From assembly GCA_027053075.1 (NCBI GenBank), contig JALUEE010000085.1:1-34014 (forward strand): a DNA stretch of 34,014 bases, written 5' to 3'. This DNA is from a candidate division WOR-3 bacterium (lineage in GTDB: Bacteria; Hydrothermota; Hydrothermia; B15-G9; WFZT01). The position numbers and the translations under genes are program-made. Positions 17,139-26,977 of the stretch are shown here, in pieces. The notes under the pieces were generated by a model, which was not told where the DNA came from, ran no database searches, and saw only the letters and a list, made by a program, of their open reading frames with translations. Positions within the stretch are counted from its first letter, which is position 1. Every line of letters starts with the position of its first letter.

Positions 17139-19487
17139 ATGATTGCAACAGCTCTTTTGGCCTTAAGTTTTACATTTACCCCACCACCATCTATTCACAA
17201 AATCCAGTATGAACAGTATAAAAATTTCAAGTTGCCTGATGTTGGCAACCAGGTTCCAAAGATCCCCCTCCAGCCCCGTATGAAAAGCCTGTACAAAACA
17301 GTCTATGGGTTTCTGCCCTACTGGCAGCTCTCAAGCTACACATTAATTCACTGGGACCTTATTAGTCATCTTGCAGCATTTGGCATTGAGTTAGACGGTA
17401 ATGGTAATGTTACAAACAGGCATGGATGGGTCTCCAACTGGGCAGCAGTGATAGACTCTGCCCATGCGCATGGAGTGCATGTCCATCTGGTTATAATTAT
17501 TTTTAACAGCGACAACATTCACAGCATTTTGACCAATCCAACAGCACGGCAGAATGCAATAAATACCATCAAAAACGAAGTATTGAACGGACAGGTTGAA
17601 GGAGCCAATCTTGACCTTGAAGTTCCCTACTCCTCAGATAGAAATGCTCTCAATAACTTTGTAACAATGCTCCATGATACCCTTCAGGCACATGGTAAAG
17701 AGCTTACAATCTGTGTTACCGCTGTCAACTGGAACGATCGATTTGACGTTGCCACACTTGCAGCAAATACCGAAGGTCTCTTTATCATGGGATATGACTA
17801 TTTCTGGAGTGGCAGTGGGACAGCCGGCCCGGTTTCTCCCCTTACAGGTTATACTTACAACGTAACAAGCACTGTAAACTATTACGTGGCAAATTCCAAT
17901 GGCCATCCGGAAAAAATCATTCTTGGTGTGCCTTATTATGGCTATAAATGGCCGACATACTCTGATGCCCCGGGTTCGGCCACACGAGGTCGTGGCCGTG
18001 CTGTCTTTTACCAGCAGGCGATCTCAGAAGCCCAGTCTTACGGTCTCCTATGGGATGATTACTCCCAGACTCCATGGTACAGATACTATGTTAATGGTGA
18101 TGGATGGTATCAGACCTGGTTTGATAATGATTCAAGTCTCGGCTTGAAATGGGACCTTGTAAACAATGCCAACATTCAGGGCACAGGAATGTGGGCCCTT
18201 ACCTATGATGGCACAAGAAGTGAACTCTGGAATGAGCTTGCTCGCCATTTTGCCCATGGGACTCCCCCGGGACAGCCATCGGGCTTTATGGTTAGATTGA
18301 CCGGACCCAATAAAATTCAGCTTGAATGGTATCCTGACAGCGGAGCGACTTATTATGATGTTTACATGAGCACAGACGGTGAGAATTTCAGCTACTACAC
18401 GACCACCACAGGGCCATCATTTCAGGATAGAAATGTTCCCGCTGGAGAGATGAGGTTCTATAAGGTGAGAGCGGGCAATCCCTTTGGCGTATCTGGATTT
18501 ACAGAAGTACTCGGTGCAGTGTCTTCCACTTCACCCAATAATGTTTTGATTGTGAATGGATTCGACCGAGTGGGAGGGACTCATAACACATTTGACTTTA
18601 TCAGAGAGCATGGAATTGCAATGCACGAGATTGGGGCCAGATTTAATTCTACATCCAATGAAAGAGTAGAGGATGGTTCGGTTAATTTGACAGACTATCA
18701 AGCAGTTGACTGGATTCTTGGTGAGGAGGGAACTTCTACGCAATCGTTCTCTCCTGCGGAGCAGACAGCAGTTGAAGCCTACCTTGAGGCCGGCGGTAAG
18801 CTTTTTGTATCCGGCTCCGAGATCGGTTACGATCTCTGGGAAAGAGGGGATTCTACTGACCATCTCTTTTATCACAATTATCTCAAGGCCAATTATCTCG
18901 GTGACGACGCCGGCACCTATTTCGCAGTTGGAACAGCGGATGGCATTTTTAACGGTCTGGATACCCTGCAGTTTGATGATGGTAGATGGCACTACGATGT
19001 GGATTATCCCGACGGAGTAGGGCCTTATGGCGGGTCGGTCTCAAGTATGGTTTATGTCGGTGGAACAGGATGGTCAGCTGGCATTCAGTATGAAGGTACT
19101 TTCGGGAATAGTTCCACTCCGGGGAAGCTGGTTTACCTGGGATTCCCTTTTGAGTCTATTTTGAATCACTATTTGAGGAAAATGGTGATGTATAGGGTGC
19201 TGAGCTATTTTGGTCTCAATGTGTATGTCGCCGAGGGCTCTTCTCATTTAACGAGTGGGATAAAACTCTATCCCAATCCTGCCGGAAGGACTCTTTATGT
19301 CAGTTTACCTGCCAATGCCAGAAAGGTAGAAGTGTATGATATATCTGGCAGAAAGATTGTGTCTAAATGGGTTAGAGGAAACTCTACGGTTTCTCTCGAC
19401 TTGAAAAATCTACCTTCCGGGATTTACCATTTAACAGTTAAGAACCGCGATGGTTCTTTGAAAACATCCCGCTTCATAAGAAGATGA
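17139..19487 (+). CDS. Glycoside hydrolase family 18 protein with FN3-like domain and T9SS-type CTD
   Basis: GFLPYW, GANLDLE (DxE), IMGYDY, KIILGVPYYG, GMWAL. FN3-like segment. CTD LYPNP..VYDISGRKI..LPSGIY. Confidence 0.9.
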   Translation: MIATALLALSFTFTPPPSIHKIQYEQYKNFKLPDVGNQVPKIPLQPRMKSLYKTVYGFLPYWQLSSYTLIHWDLISHLAAFGIELDGNGNVTNRHGWVSNWAAVIDSAHAHGVHVHLVIIIFNSDNIHSILTNPTARQNAINTIKNEVLNGQVEGANLDLEVPYSSDRNALNNFVTMLHDTLQAHGKELTICVTAVNWNDRFDVATLAANTEGLFIMGYDYFWSGSGTAGPVSPLTGYTYNVTSTVNYYVANSNGHPEKIILGVPYYGYKWPTYSDAPGSATRGRGRAVFYQQAISEAQSYGLLWDDYSQTPWYRYYVNGDGWYQTWFDNDSSLGLKWDLVNNANIQGTGMWALTYDGTRSELWNELARHFAHGTPPGQPSGFMVRLTGPNKIQLEWYPDSGATYYDVYMSTDGENFSYYTTTTGPSFQDRNVPAGEMRFYKVRAGNPFGVSGFTEVLGAVSSTSPNNVLIVNGFDRVGGTHNTFDFIREHGIAMHEIGARFNSTSNERVEDGSVNLTDYQAVDWILGEEGTSTQSFSPAEQTAVEAYLEAGGKLFVSGSEIGYDLWERGDSTDHLFYHNYLKANYLGDDAGTYFAVGTADGIFNGLDTLQFDDGRWHYDVDYPDGVGPYGGSVSSMVYVGGTGWSAGIQYEGTFGNSSTPGKLVYLGFPFESILNHYLRKMVMYRVLSYFGLNVYVAEGSSHLTSGIKLYPNPAGRTLYVSLPANARKVEVYDISGRKIVSKWVRGNSTVSLDLKNLPSGIYHLTVKNRDGSLKTSRFIRR

Positions 19488-19524
19488 CCAGCCAATCTTT
19501 TCCAGAAAATAAAAGGAGGTGTTT

Positions 19525-20061
19525 ATGAGAAGGTTGCTGTTAACTATATTTATCTTTTCCACCCTGGTGTACGTAACAGGGTGTAAGGAATCAATAAAAG
19601 ACCCGGAGGATGGCTACTTCAAGGGCCGTGTTGTTGATACCTCCGGAAATCCCATTGATAGTGTCCGCGTAGCAACATTCCCACCTCATATGTCAACCTA
19701 CACAAATTCCAATGGTTACTTTGAGTTAAGAGCATTCCCACGTGTTTACAGACTTGACCTTAGAAAGGGAAAGTTTTTCGTTACAAGGGTTGAGACCGTG
19801 GGCGGAGAAATCGATACGGTTGAGATAGGAATAATCGCATCTCAGACTCGTGACACAACATATATGAGTATTGATACAGTTGGAGGGACCGTGATAGAAA
19901 CAACTGTAGTTCGTACAGTGATTGACTCCTGTTTTTACCATTCAGTTTCAACTGATTCTGTGGATTTGCAACCCGGTCAGACCTACGATTATGGAAATAT
20001 AACTATGGATACAGCAAGAATATACATTGAAACCGTAGATACGACGGTAGATACCCTGTAA
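19525..20061 (+). CDS. Lipoprotein with carboxypeptidase-regulatory-like domain
   Basis: Lipobox VTG-C and KGRVVDTSGNPI..TYTNSNGYFEL. ATG 19525 follows AGGAGG. Confidence 0.78.
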   Translation: MRRLLLTIFIFSTLVYVTGCKESIKDPEDGYFKGRVVDTSGNPIDSVRVATFPPHMSTYTNSNGYFELRAFPRVYRLDLRKGKFFVTRVETVGGEIDTVEIGIIASQTRDTTYMSIDTVGGTVIETTVVRTVIDSCFYHSVSTDSVDLQPGQTYDYGNITMDTARIYIETVDTTVDTL

Positions 20062-20080
20062 TGAAAAAGGAGGAATTTTT

Positions 20081-22705
20081 ATGAGAAAACTTTTGTTATC
20101 TCTCTTGTTCATAGGGGCACTATTTGCCGGCGAAACAGGTAAAATCGCCGGTAGGGTAGTGGATGCCTCGACAGGTGAACCACTTCCAGGAGTTAATGTG
20201 GTGATTCTTGGGACCACTATGGGAGCATCTACTGACCTTAATGGATACTATTTCATTATTAATGTGCCACCCGGTGTTTATAGTGTTAAAGCCTCAATAA
20301 TTGGTTATACCCCCGTTATTCAGGAAAGTGTTGTGGTACATACTGACCAGACTGCCTATGTAAACTTTAAATTAAAGCAGACCGTTATAAAGGCAAAACC
20401 TGTGGTTGTTAAGGCGAAACGAGAGATAGTGAAGAAAGACGTGACTGCGAGTGTTATCACAACAGATAAACAGGATTTGCAGAAAATACCGGTAGAAACA
20501 GTTACCGGTATTATTTCGATGAAAGCTGGAGTTACCACCGGCCCTGGTGGGGCTATCCACGTTAGAGGTGGCCGCTCCGGTGAGGTTGCCTATCTAATTG
20601 ATGGAATACCAATTGTGGACCCTTATTTGAACGGCCTTGCCGTTTATGTTCCTACAAACATCATTAAGGAAATGGAGCTTGTTGCGGGAACATTTAATGC
20701 TGAGTACGGTAACGCGATGTCTGGAGTGGTTAATATTGTTACTGATGAGGGTTCAAACAAGTTTAGAGGGTCAATAAGTGCATATGTAGGAGACAGGCTC
20801 AGCAACCACACAAGAATCTTTGAGCACATTGACCAGTTTGATTTAACTAATGATAAAGATATTCGCTGGAACATTTCTGGCCCACTACCATTTAAAAACA
20901 AATTGACCTACTACTTCGGCGGCAGATACTATAAAACTGCGGGATGGCTGTACGGCATAAATTACTATCTACCCACAGATACACGATATGATACAATAAT
21001 TCATGGACATGGTGATGGCTCATATGTGGCGATGAACCCGGAAACTGAGAATCTCTGGAATTTTAAACTTACTGCGAGACCCACAAGTTCTATTAAAGTA
21101 TCTCTTACAAATTTGTACACTTATCTGCATTACAAGAGCTATATCCATTCGCTGAAATGGGAACCTCTTGCCACTCCTCATCATCTTAAAGAAGCCTGGC
21201 AGAGCATTTTATCTCTCAATCAAATACTTTCGCCAAAAACCTTCTATTCATTCAGATTGAGCTATTACTGGTCACAGTTACGCCAGTTTGTTTATGATTC
21301 ATATTACTGTCTGGGATACAAATTCCCATATTGGGGATACTTTGTTTCAGCCCATCAGTTTAGAAGAGGTGGAGTTTCAACTTCATGGTTTAAGAGATAC
21401 ACAAAGAGTTATGTGGCAAGATTTGACATTACAAGTCAGATTACTCACATCCACATGATCAAAACCGGAGTCCTGTTTACAAAGTATGACCTATACAGAT
21501 TTTCAATGAGTGTTCAGAAACCTGATACCACTCCACCTGCATTGCCTGTGAGGGATACTATTGGGGCTCTGGATCATTATCTTCACCATCCTATTGAGTT
21601 CTCTGCTTATATTCAGGACAAGATGGAATTCAAGGACATGGTTGTAAACGCAGGAATCCGCTTTGACTGGTATAACCCGAAATGGAAAACATGGGTAGAT
21701 GATTCAGCTCCATCGCCAATGATATGGGATTCCACAAGAGGACCGTTCCCTGGATATAAAGAGGTCAGTCCTAAGTGGCAGCTTTCACCCAGAATTGGAA
21801 TAGCTTTCCCTATCTCAGCTTCAGGAATTTTCCATTTTTCATATGGTCATTTCTTCCAGATTCCGCCTTATTATTACCTATACAGGAACTCTGGATTCAA
21901 ATGGGCTGAATCAGGTGGTAGACTTCTTACTAACAGGACCATCATGGGGAATGCAGATCTTAAGCCACAAAGAACTGTGGCATACGAAGTAGGGTTCAAA
22001 CAGGCACTTAGTGATAACTTTGGTCTCGAGGTCATTGGCTATTACAAAGACGTAAGAGACCTTTTGTCAACTAAACTCGTACCCACGTATGTTTCGGGTG
22101 ACCACTATATGGTCTATTCTAACAGGGATTATGCGAATATAAGGGGTATTTCCTTCTATCTGAAATTCAGGAATCTCGGTATGTTCTCAGGTGAGATTGA
22201 TTACACCTATCAGATAGCCGAGGGTTCAAACTCTGGTCCAAGAGACCTTTTCGCAGATCTTAGACACGGTTATGAACCACCAAAGTACATGGTCCCTCTT
22301 GATTGGGATGAGAGACACAGGATCAACTTTACTATCACGATGAATCAGCCTAATCAGTGGACAATTTCACTTACGGGAACCTACGGAAGTGGTCTGCCCT
22401 ACACGCCAACTGATACAACGGGTCAAGCACTTAGAGGTGGCGAGAATTCAGGAAGAAAGCCACCCACATATAACTTTGATCTAAGTGCTGCTAAATATAT
22501 GAAATTCAGAAATCTGAGATATACCCTTTCACTAAAGGTATACAACCTGCTTGACACCAAGAATGAAATCCTCGTGTACACCGATACTGGAAGGGCAACA
22601 TACACTCACCAGACAAGACCCACCGCTGATCCTGGCTATTACATAAGACCTTATTACTTCAGTCCACCGAGGCTCGTGAAAATAGGCCTTTCAGTTAACT
22701 TTTAA
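20081..22705 (+). CDS. TonB-dependent receptor with N-terminal carboxypeptidase-like domain
   Basis: TGKIAGRVVDASTGEPLPGVNV; plug HVRGGRSGEVAYLIDG..FNAEYGNAMSGVVNIVT; SPRIGIAFP; NADLKPQRT; C-terminal GLSVNF. Confidence 0.93.
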   Translation: MRKLLLSLLFIGALFAGETGKIAGRVVDASTGEPLPGVNVVILGTTMGASTDLNGYYFIINVPPGVYSVKASIIGYTPVIQESVVVHTDQTAYVNFKLKQTVIKAKPVVVKAKREIVKKDVTASVITTDKQDLQKIPVETVTGIISMKAGVTTGPGGAIHVRGGRSGEVAYLIDGIPIVDPYLNGLAVYVPTNIIKEMELVAGTFNAEYGNAMSGVVNIVTDEGSNKFRGSISAYVGDRLSNHTRIFEHIDQFDLTNDKDIRWNISGPLPFKNKLTYYFGGRYYKTAGWLYGINYYLPTDTRYDTIIHGHGDGSYVAMNPETENLWNFKLTARPTSSIKVSLTNLYTYLHYKSYIHSLKWEPLATPHHLKEAWQSILSLNQILSPKTFYSFRLSYYWSQLRQFVYDSYYCLGYKFPYWGYFVSAHQFRRGGVSTSWFKRYTKSYVARFDITSQITHIHMIKTGVLFTKYDLYRFSMSVQKPDTTPPALPVRDTIGALDHYLHHPIEFSAYIQDKMEFKDMVVNAGIRFDWYNPKWKTWVDDSAPSPMIWDSTRGPFPGYKEVSPKWQLSPRIGIAFPISASGIFHFSYGHFFQIPPYYYLYRNSGFKWAESGGRLLTNRTIMGNADLKPQRTVAYEVGFKQALSDNFGLEVIGYYKDVRDLLSTKLVPTYVSGDHYMVYSNRDYANIRGISFYLKFRNLGMFSGEIDYTYQIAEGSNSGPRDLFADLRHGYEPPKYMVPLDWDERHRINFTITMNQPNQWTISLTGTYGSGLPYTPTDTTGQALRGGENSGRKPPTYNFDLSAAKYMKFRNLRYTLSLKVYNLLDTKNEILVYTDTGRATYTHQTRPTADPGYYIRPYYFSPPRLVKIGLSVNF

Positions 22706-22722
22706 AGGAGGAGTAAAGAAAA

Positions 22723-25700
22723 ATGAAAAAACTTTTACTTGCCATATTTGTTTTTGGGATGGCCTATGCTGGTATACCTTACCAGAAGTTCCTTCCCCCG
22801 GATGTGAAGCTTACTCCAGCACAAATTGGTAAGGGAGCTGATCTTAAGGGGCATGCAGATCGTAGAGCGGGTATTCATGATGGTAACAGAATTAGACTAA
22901 AGTTCTTTAACACTCTTTCGATAGGAGGTCCTGATAGAGTTAATCCGTGGCCAAGGCTTGAGTGGCCTGCTGGTTCTGGACATGAATACATTTATGAGAT
23001 TGGCCCTTTATTTGGCGCCCGTGTGAAAGCATACGACCCTAATACTCAGGACTCAGTGTGGATCAGCATACTTGATGATCCTATTCAAGATGGTGGTGAT
23101 GAAGACTTTGAGCCCTTACCAGGTTACTTTAATCCCAATAAGCAGAGTGTAGCTTTCTCGGATAAGGATACCCTATGGCCTCAAACATGGCCCCCGTTCG
23201 TCGGTATATTAGGAGACACTATAAGGAATCTTTCTGGTAGGTGGCCTGGGCAATTTGATTTTATCCCTTGGGATAGGAATGGTAATCCGATTCATGATTC
23301 AGTATCAGTCAATGTCGTTGCAGATCAGGAGAGTTATTTTGCTGCGACAGATTCTGCAAGTACAAAATTTTTGCCCGGTAACAATATGGGAAATCCGTAT
23401 TATGATCCCGGTAACAACATGCATGGCCTTGGATTAAAGGTGGTCGCAAGAGGTTATCAATGGACTGCTCAGCCGGTTCAGGATGTTATTGTCTGGGTAT
23501 ACGAGGTGACAAACCTTTCTGACAAAGATATTGACTCTATGGTTATTGGGTATTACACAGACGTTAGAATTGGTGGCCCCGGTTCTGACTTCCAGGATGA
23601 TATGTATGGATTCGATACCACTTCTAACATGGTGTACTTCTTCGATTATGACGGTTGGGGAAGAGGAGCAGACGGAAGGCCTTACAAGTGTGGCTGGCTC
23701 GGATTCAAATTTTTGGAGAGCCCTGGAAATCCATACGATGGTATTGACAATGACCATGATGGCATGATTGACGAAAGTCAGCATGATGGTATTGACAACG
23801 ATGGAGACTGGGATCCGACAAAAGACGATGTTGGAAGAGATGGAATACCTGGAACAGGCGACTATGGTGAAAATGATGGGCAGCCAACCCTGGGAGAGCC
23901 TAATTTTGAAGTAATGGATCCAGATGAAAAGGATGAAATGGGGTTGACATCGGTTCGTGATTTTGTGTATGGAACTGGAGGACTCTTTGCCGCGAATGAC
24001 TCAGCTATGATATCTATTATGAGACCAGGCGTCTACCATGTGGATAGAGGACCTGGTGATTTCGTTCTGGTCTTCGGCTCAGGTTTCTTCCCGCTGCATA
24101 AAGGGGAAACGCAGAGATTTTCTATTGCCCTTGTGATGGGAGCAGACTCTGTTGATCTTTATAAGCACGCCTTCAGTGCTCAGGTTATATTTAACAGAAA
24201 CTATCATTTCCCCAAACCTCCTGAGAAGCCGCAGGTCTGGGCGAGAACAGAGAGTGGAAAAGTACATCTATATTGGGATAACAGGGCAGAGCTTAATCCC
24301 GAATTTGAGGGGTATGCCATTTTCCGTAGTCAGGATAGAGGTGTAACCTGGGGGACTCCTATTACAGACGCTTTCGGAAGGATTGTTTATTGGAGACCTA
24401 TTGCACAGTTTGATAAAATTGACTCCATCACAGGACTTGCTCCTGTAGGGGTTGATGGAGCTTATTTCTATCTGGGTGATGATTCTGGCCTTAGGCACTC
24501 ATGGACAGATACAACGGTAGTTGACGGTGAACACTACTGGTACGCAGTCACAGCATATGCACCTGGTAATGATACACTTGGATTGCCACCGCTAATATCT
24601 TCTGTTTATCCGATAAATGCAAATCCGAGTGTGGTGCATGTAATTCCTAATGGTAATCCTATTGGTTATCACCCTCCACAGATAACCATTGATTCGCTAA
24701 ATTCAAACATTAATGGAACTGGACAGGTTGATTACATGGTTGTAACTCCAGAGGACATAAAGGATGCATCTTACTATATCAAGTTTGATACAACTGGAAA
24801 CGACACTACATGGTCTTTAATTAAAAATGTTAATGGTGTTGATAGCGTGCTAATTTCCAACAGTACTAAAATACATGGTGAGGATGATAACCCCATTGTA
24901 GATGGATTTAGAGTGTCAATTAATACTGATTCACTTGCACCTGATACTAACTATTTCGTGAGAGGCAACAGTAATTTCCATGTCCAGGTTTCTCTCGCCC
25001 GTGGTGGTATAAAGTACCCTGCTGACTATGAGATAGAGTTTGCTGACTCTGGAACTGTTCTCGATTCAGTTTTCTACAATAGTCCAACAAACAAAGCGCC
25101 TGTGAACTTTAGGGTCTGGAGAATAGAGGGTAAGTATCGCTATAGACAGGAAGTAGTATTTATTGATGGAGACCATGATGGGATAATTGCCAATCCTGCA
25201 GGAAGAGATGTTTTGTACCCTGTTCTTACTGACTCAACAGGAAGAATTGTAGCGCGAACATGGAAATTCACCTTTATGGGGCCCGGTACTGGAGCGATCC
25301 CACCGAATTCTGATAGCACCATTCTCTACCTTAAGTTCCACAAGCCATTTACTGAAAGAGACACCATTTACTTTGATACCCATGAGGGCACTACAAATGA
25401 AAACGACATTGTGAAAAATATGAACAAAATAAAAGTTGTGCCGAACCCATACATTCTTGTGTCTGCTTATGAACTCAAGGATCCAACTATTAGAAGAGGA
25501 AGAGGTGCCCGTGAGATTCACTTCATTAACCTACCCCCAGAAGCAACTATCAGAATTTACACTATAACAGGTGAACTGGTTGATGTGCTACATCATGTGC
25601 CAGGAGATCCAGAGTATGTGTCACCTTCTGTGCAGAAGTGGAATCTTTTGAATAAAGATAGTCAGGAAATTGCTTACGGAGTCTATATCTACCATGTGGA

Positions 25701-25761
25701 AGCTATGCTTAACGGTCAGGTAGTTGGAAAATACATCGGAAAATTTGCAGTAATTAAGTAG
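22723..25761 (+). CDS. Large exported protein with Asp-rich Ca-binding-like repeats, FN3-like domain and CTD
   Basis: Signal peptide. DGIDNDHDGMIDE/DGIDNDGD repeats. C-terminus IKVVPNPY..IHFINLP..IRIYTITGELV..GVYIYHV..KFAVIK. Confidence 0.85.
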   Translation: MKKLLLAIFVFGMAYAGIPYQKFLPPDVKLTPAQIGKGADLKGHADRRAGIHDGNRIRLKFFNTLSIGGPDRVNPWPRLEWPAGSGHEYIYEIGPLFGARVKAYDPNTQDSVWISILDDPIQDGGDEDFEPLPGYFNPNKQSVAFSDKDTLWPQTWPPFVGILGDTIRNLSGRWPGQFDFIPWDRNGNPIHDSVSVNVVADQESYFAATDSASTKFLPGNNMGNPYYDPGNNMHGLGLKVVARGYQWTAQPVQDVIVWVYEVTNLSDKDIDSMVIGYYTDVRIGGPGSDFQDDMYGFDTTSNMVYFFDYDGWGRGADGRPYKCGWLGFKFLESPGNPYDGIDNDHDGMIDESQHDGIDNDGDWDPTKDDVGRDGIPGTGDYGENDGQPTLGEPNFEVMDPDEKDEMGLTSVRDFVYGTGGLFAANDSAMISIMRPGVYHVDRGPGDFVLVFGSGFFPLHKGETQRFSIALVMGADSVDLYKHAFSAQVIFNRNYHFPKPPEKPQVWARTESGKVHLYWDNRAELNPEFEGYAIFRSQDRGVTWGTPITDAFGRIVYWRPIAQFDKIDSITGLAPVGVDGAYFYLGDDSGLRHSWTDTTVVDGEHYWYAVTAYAPGNDTLGLPPLISSVYPINANPSVVHVIPNGNPIGYHPPQITIDSLNSNINGTGQVDYMVVTPEDIKDASYYIKFDTTGNDTTWSLIKNVNGVDSVLISNSTKIHGEDDNPIVDGFRVSINTDSLAPDTNYFVRGNSNFHVQVSLARGGIKYPADYEIEFADSGTVLDSVFYNSPTNKAPVNFRVWRIEGKYRYRQEVVFIDGDHDGIIANPAGRDVLYPVLTDSTGRIVARTWKFTFMGPGTGAIPPNSDSTILYLKFHKPFTERDTIYFDTHEGTTNENDIVKNMNKIKVVPNPYILVSAYELKDPTIRRGRGAREIHFINLPPEATIRIYTITGELVDVLHHVPGDPEYVSPSVQKWNLLNKDSQEIAYGVYIYHVEAMLNGQVVGKYIGKFAVIK

Positions 25762-25773
25762 GGAGGACAGGAA

Positions 25774-26784
25774 ATGAAAAAATTCATTCTACTTTTAGCC
25801 TTTTTGGGATTGGGATTTTCACAGACAATCAGTAACACTGGGACAAAGGCTGCCCAGTTTTTGAAAATAGGCCCCGGTGCACGACCAGTGGGTATGGGAG
25901 AAGCCTTTGTTGCTGTTGCTGATGGCGCCCTTGCCACATACTGGAATCCAGCAGGACTTGCACAGACTACAGGATATTCCTATTTCTTTACTAATGCAAA
26001 ATGGCTTGCAGGAATCCAGTATAACTACCTTGCTTTTGCAGTACCCATTCCCAAACGTGGTGTTATCGGTGGATCCTTATCCTATCTTGGAACAGACAAT
26101 ATGGAAGTTACAACAGAAACGAATCCTGAAGGTACTGGTGAGTATTTTAGATATTCCGGGCTTGCCCTTGCTTTTAGCTATGGAAAAATGTTTACGGACA
26201 AATTTTCCTTCGGATTTAATGCGAAGTACATCTACGAGAAGTTAAAGCTTATGTCAGCTTCGGGAATGGCAGTTGATATTGGACTTAAATACCAGACAGA
26301 ATGGCATAAATTTACAATCGGAATGAACTTCCAGAACTTTGGAAACAAGATGAGATTGACCGGTGAGGATACAAGATTCATCTATTATCCTGACCCCAAT
26401 CGTGACCCCAATTCTCAGCCAAATGTAATTGCTGACCTCAGAACTGAATCTTATGATTTGCCTATGAGATTTCTTGTAGGAATTGCACTTGTACCATACG
26501 AGACGAAGTTTGCTAAAATGCTTCTTGCCATTGATGCTGTTCATCCAAATGATAACACCGAGTATATAAATATTGGTGCTGAACTTTCACTTGCCAACCT
26601 CGCTTATATAAGAATTGGTCGAGAGCACAACTTTATGAGAGATGCTGAAGGTGGATTTACATTTGGTGGAGGTGTTAAATATAGACGGCCGGGAACTCCT
26701 CTGAATTTCTCCATCGATTTTGCAATGTCAAACTATGGAAGATTGCAGAATGTGAAGTTCATTTCGGTGGGTTTGGCATTTTGA
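25774..26784 (+). CDS. PorV/PorQ-family outer-membrane beta-barrel
   Basis: AQFLKIGPGARPVGMGEAFVAVAD..YWNPAGL, amphipathic strands, terminal Phe. Confidence 0.9.
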   Translation: MKKFILLLAFLGLGFSQTISNTGTKAAQFLKIGPGARPVGMGEAFVAVADGALATYWNPAGLAQTTGYSYFFTNAKWLAGIQYNYLAFAVPIPKRGVIGGSLSYLGTDNMEVTTETNPEGTGEYFRYSGLALAFSYGKMFTDKFSFGFNAKYIYEKLKLMSASGMAVDIGLKYQTEWHKFTIGMNFQNFGNKMRLTGEDTRFIYYPDPNRDPNSQPNVIADLRTESYDLPMRFLVGIALVPYETKFAKMLLAIDAVHPNDNTEYINIGAELSLANLAYIRIGREHNFMRDAEGGFTFGGGVKYRRPGTPLNFSIDFAMSNYGRLQNVKFISVGLAF

Positions 26785-26853
26785 GCATGATAAGAAATCT
26801 GAAGGTAAAAGAAAAATTTCAGATTGTTAGATTTTCTGAGGTGACTAACGCCT

Positions 26854-26890
26854 ACCTTCTCCCCACATATGCTTTATGTGGGGAGAAGGT
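26854..26890. repeat. Palindromic repeat, perfect 16 bp stem
   Basis: ACCTTCTCCCCACATA-TGCTT-TATGTGGGGAGAAGGT. Confidence 0.85.
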
Positions 26891-26923
26891 GATGGTAAGT
26901 TACCAAATGCTCTATCGTGAGCC

Positions 26924-26952
26924 TTTACAGTTGGAAAGTTGGGAAATATAAT
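26924..26952 (+). promoter_or_regulatory. Sigma70 promoter of the FG-GAP gene
   Basis: TTTACA, 17 nt, TATAAT, then AAGGAGGT RBS. Confidence 0.7.
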
Positions 26953-26977
26953 AAAAATTAAAAAAGGAGGTATAAAT

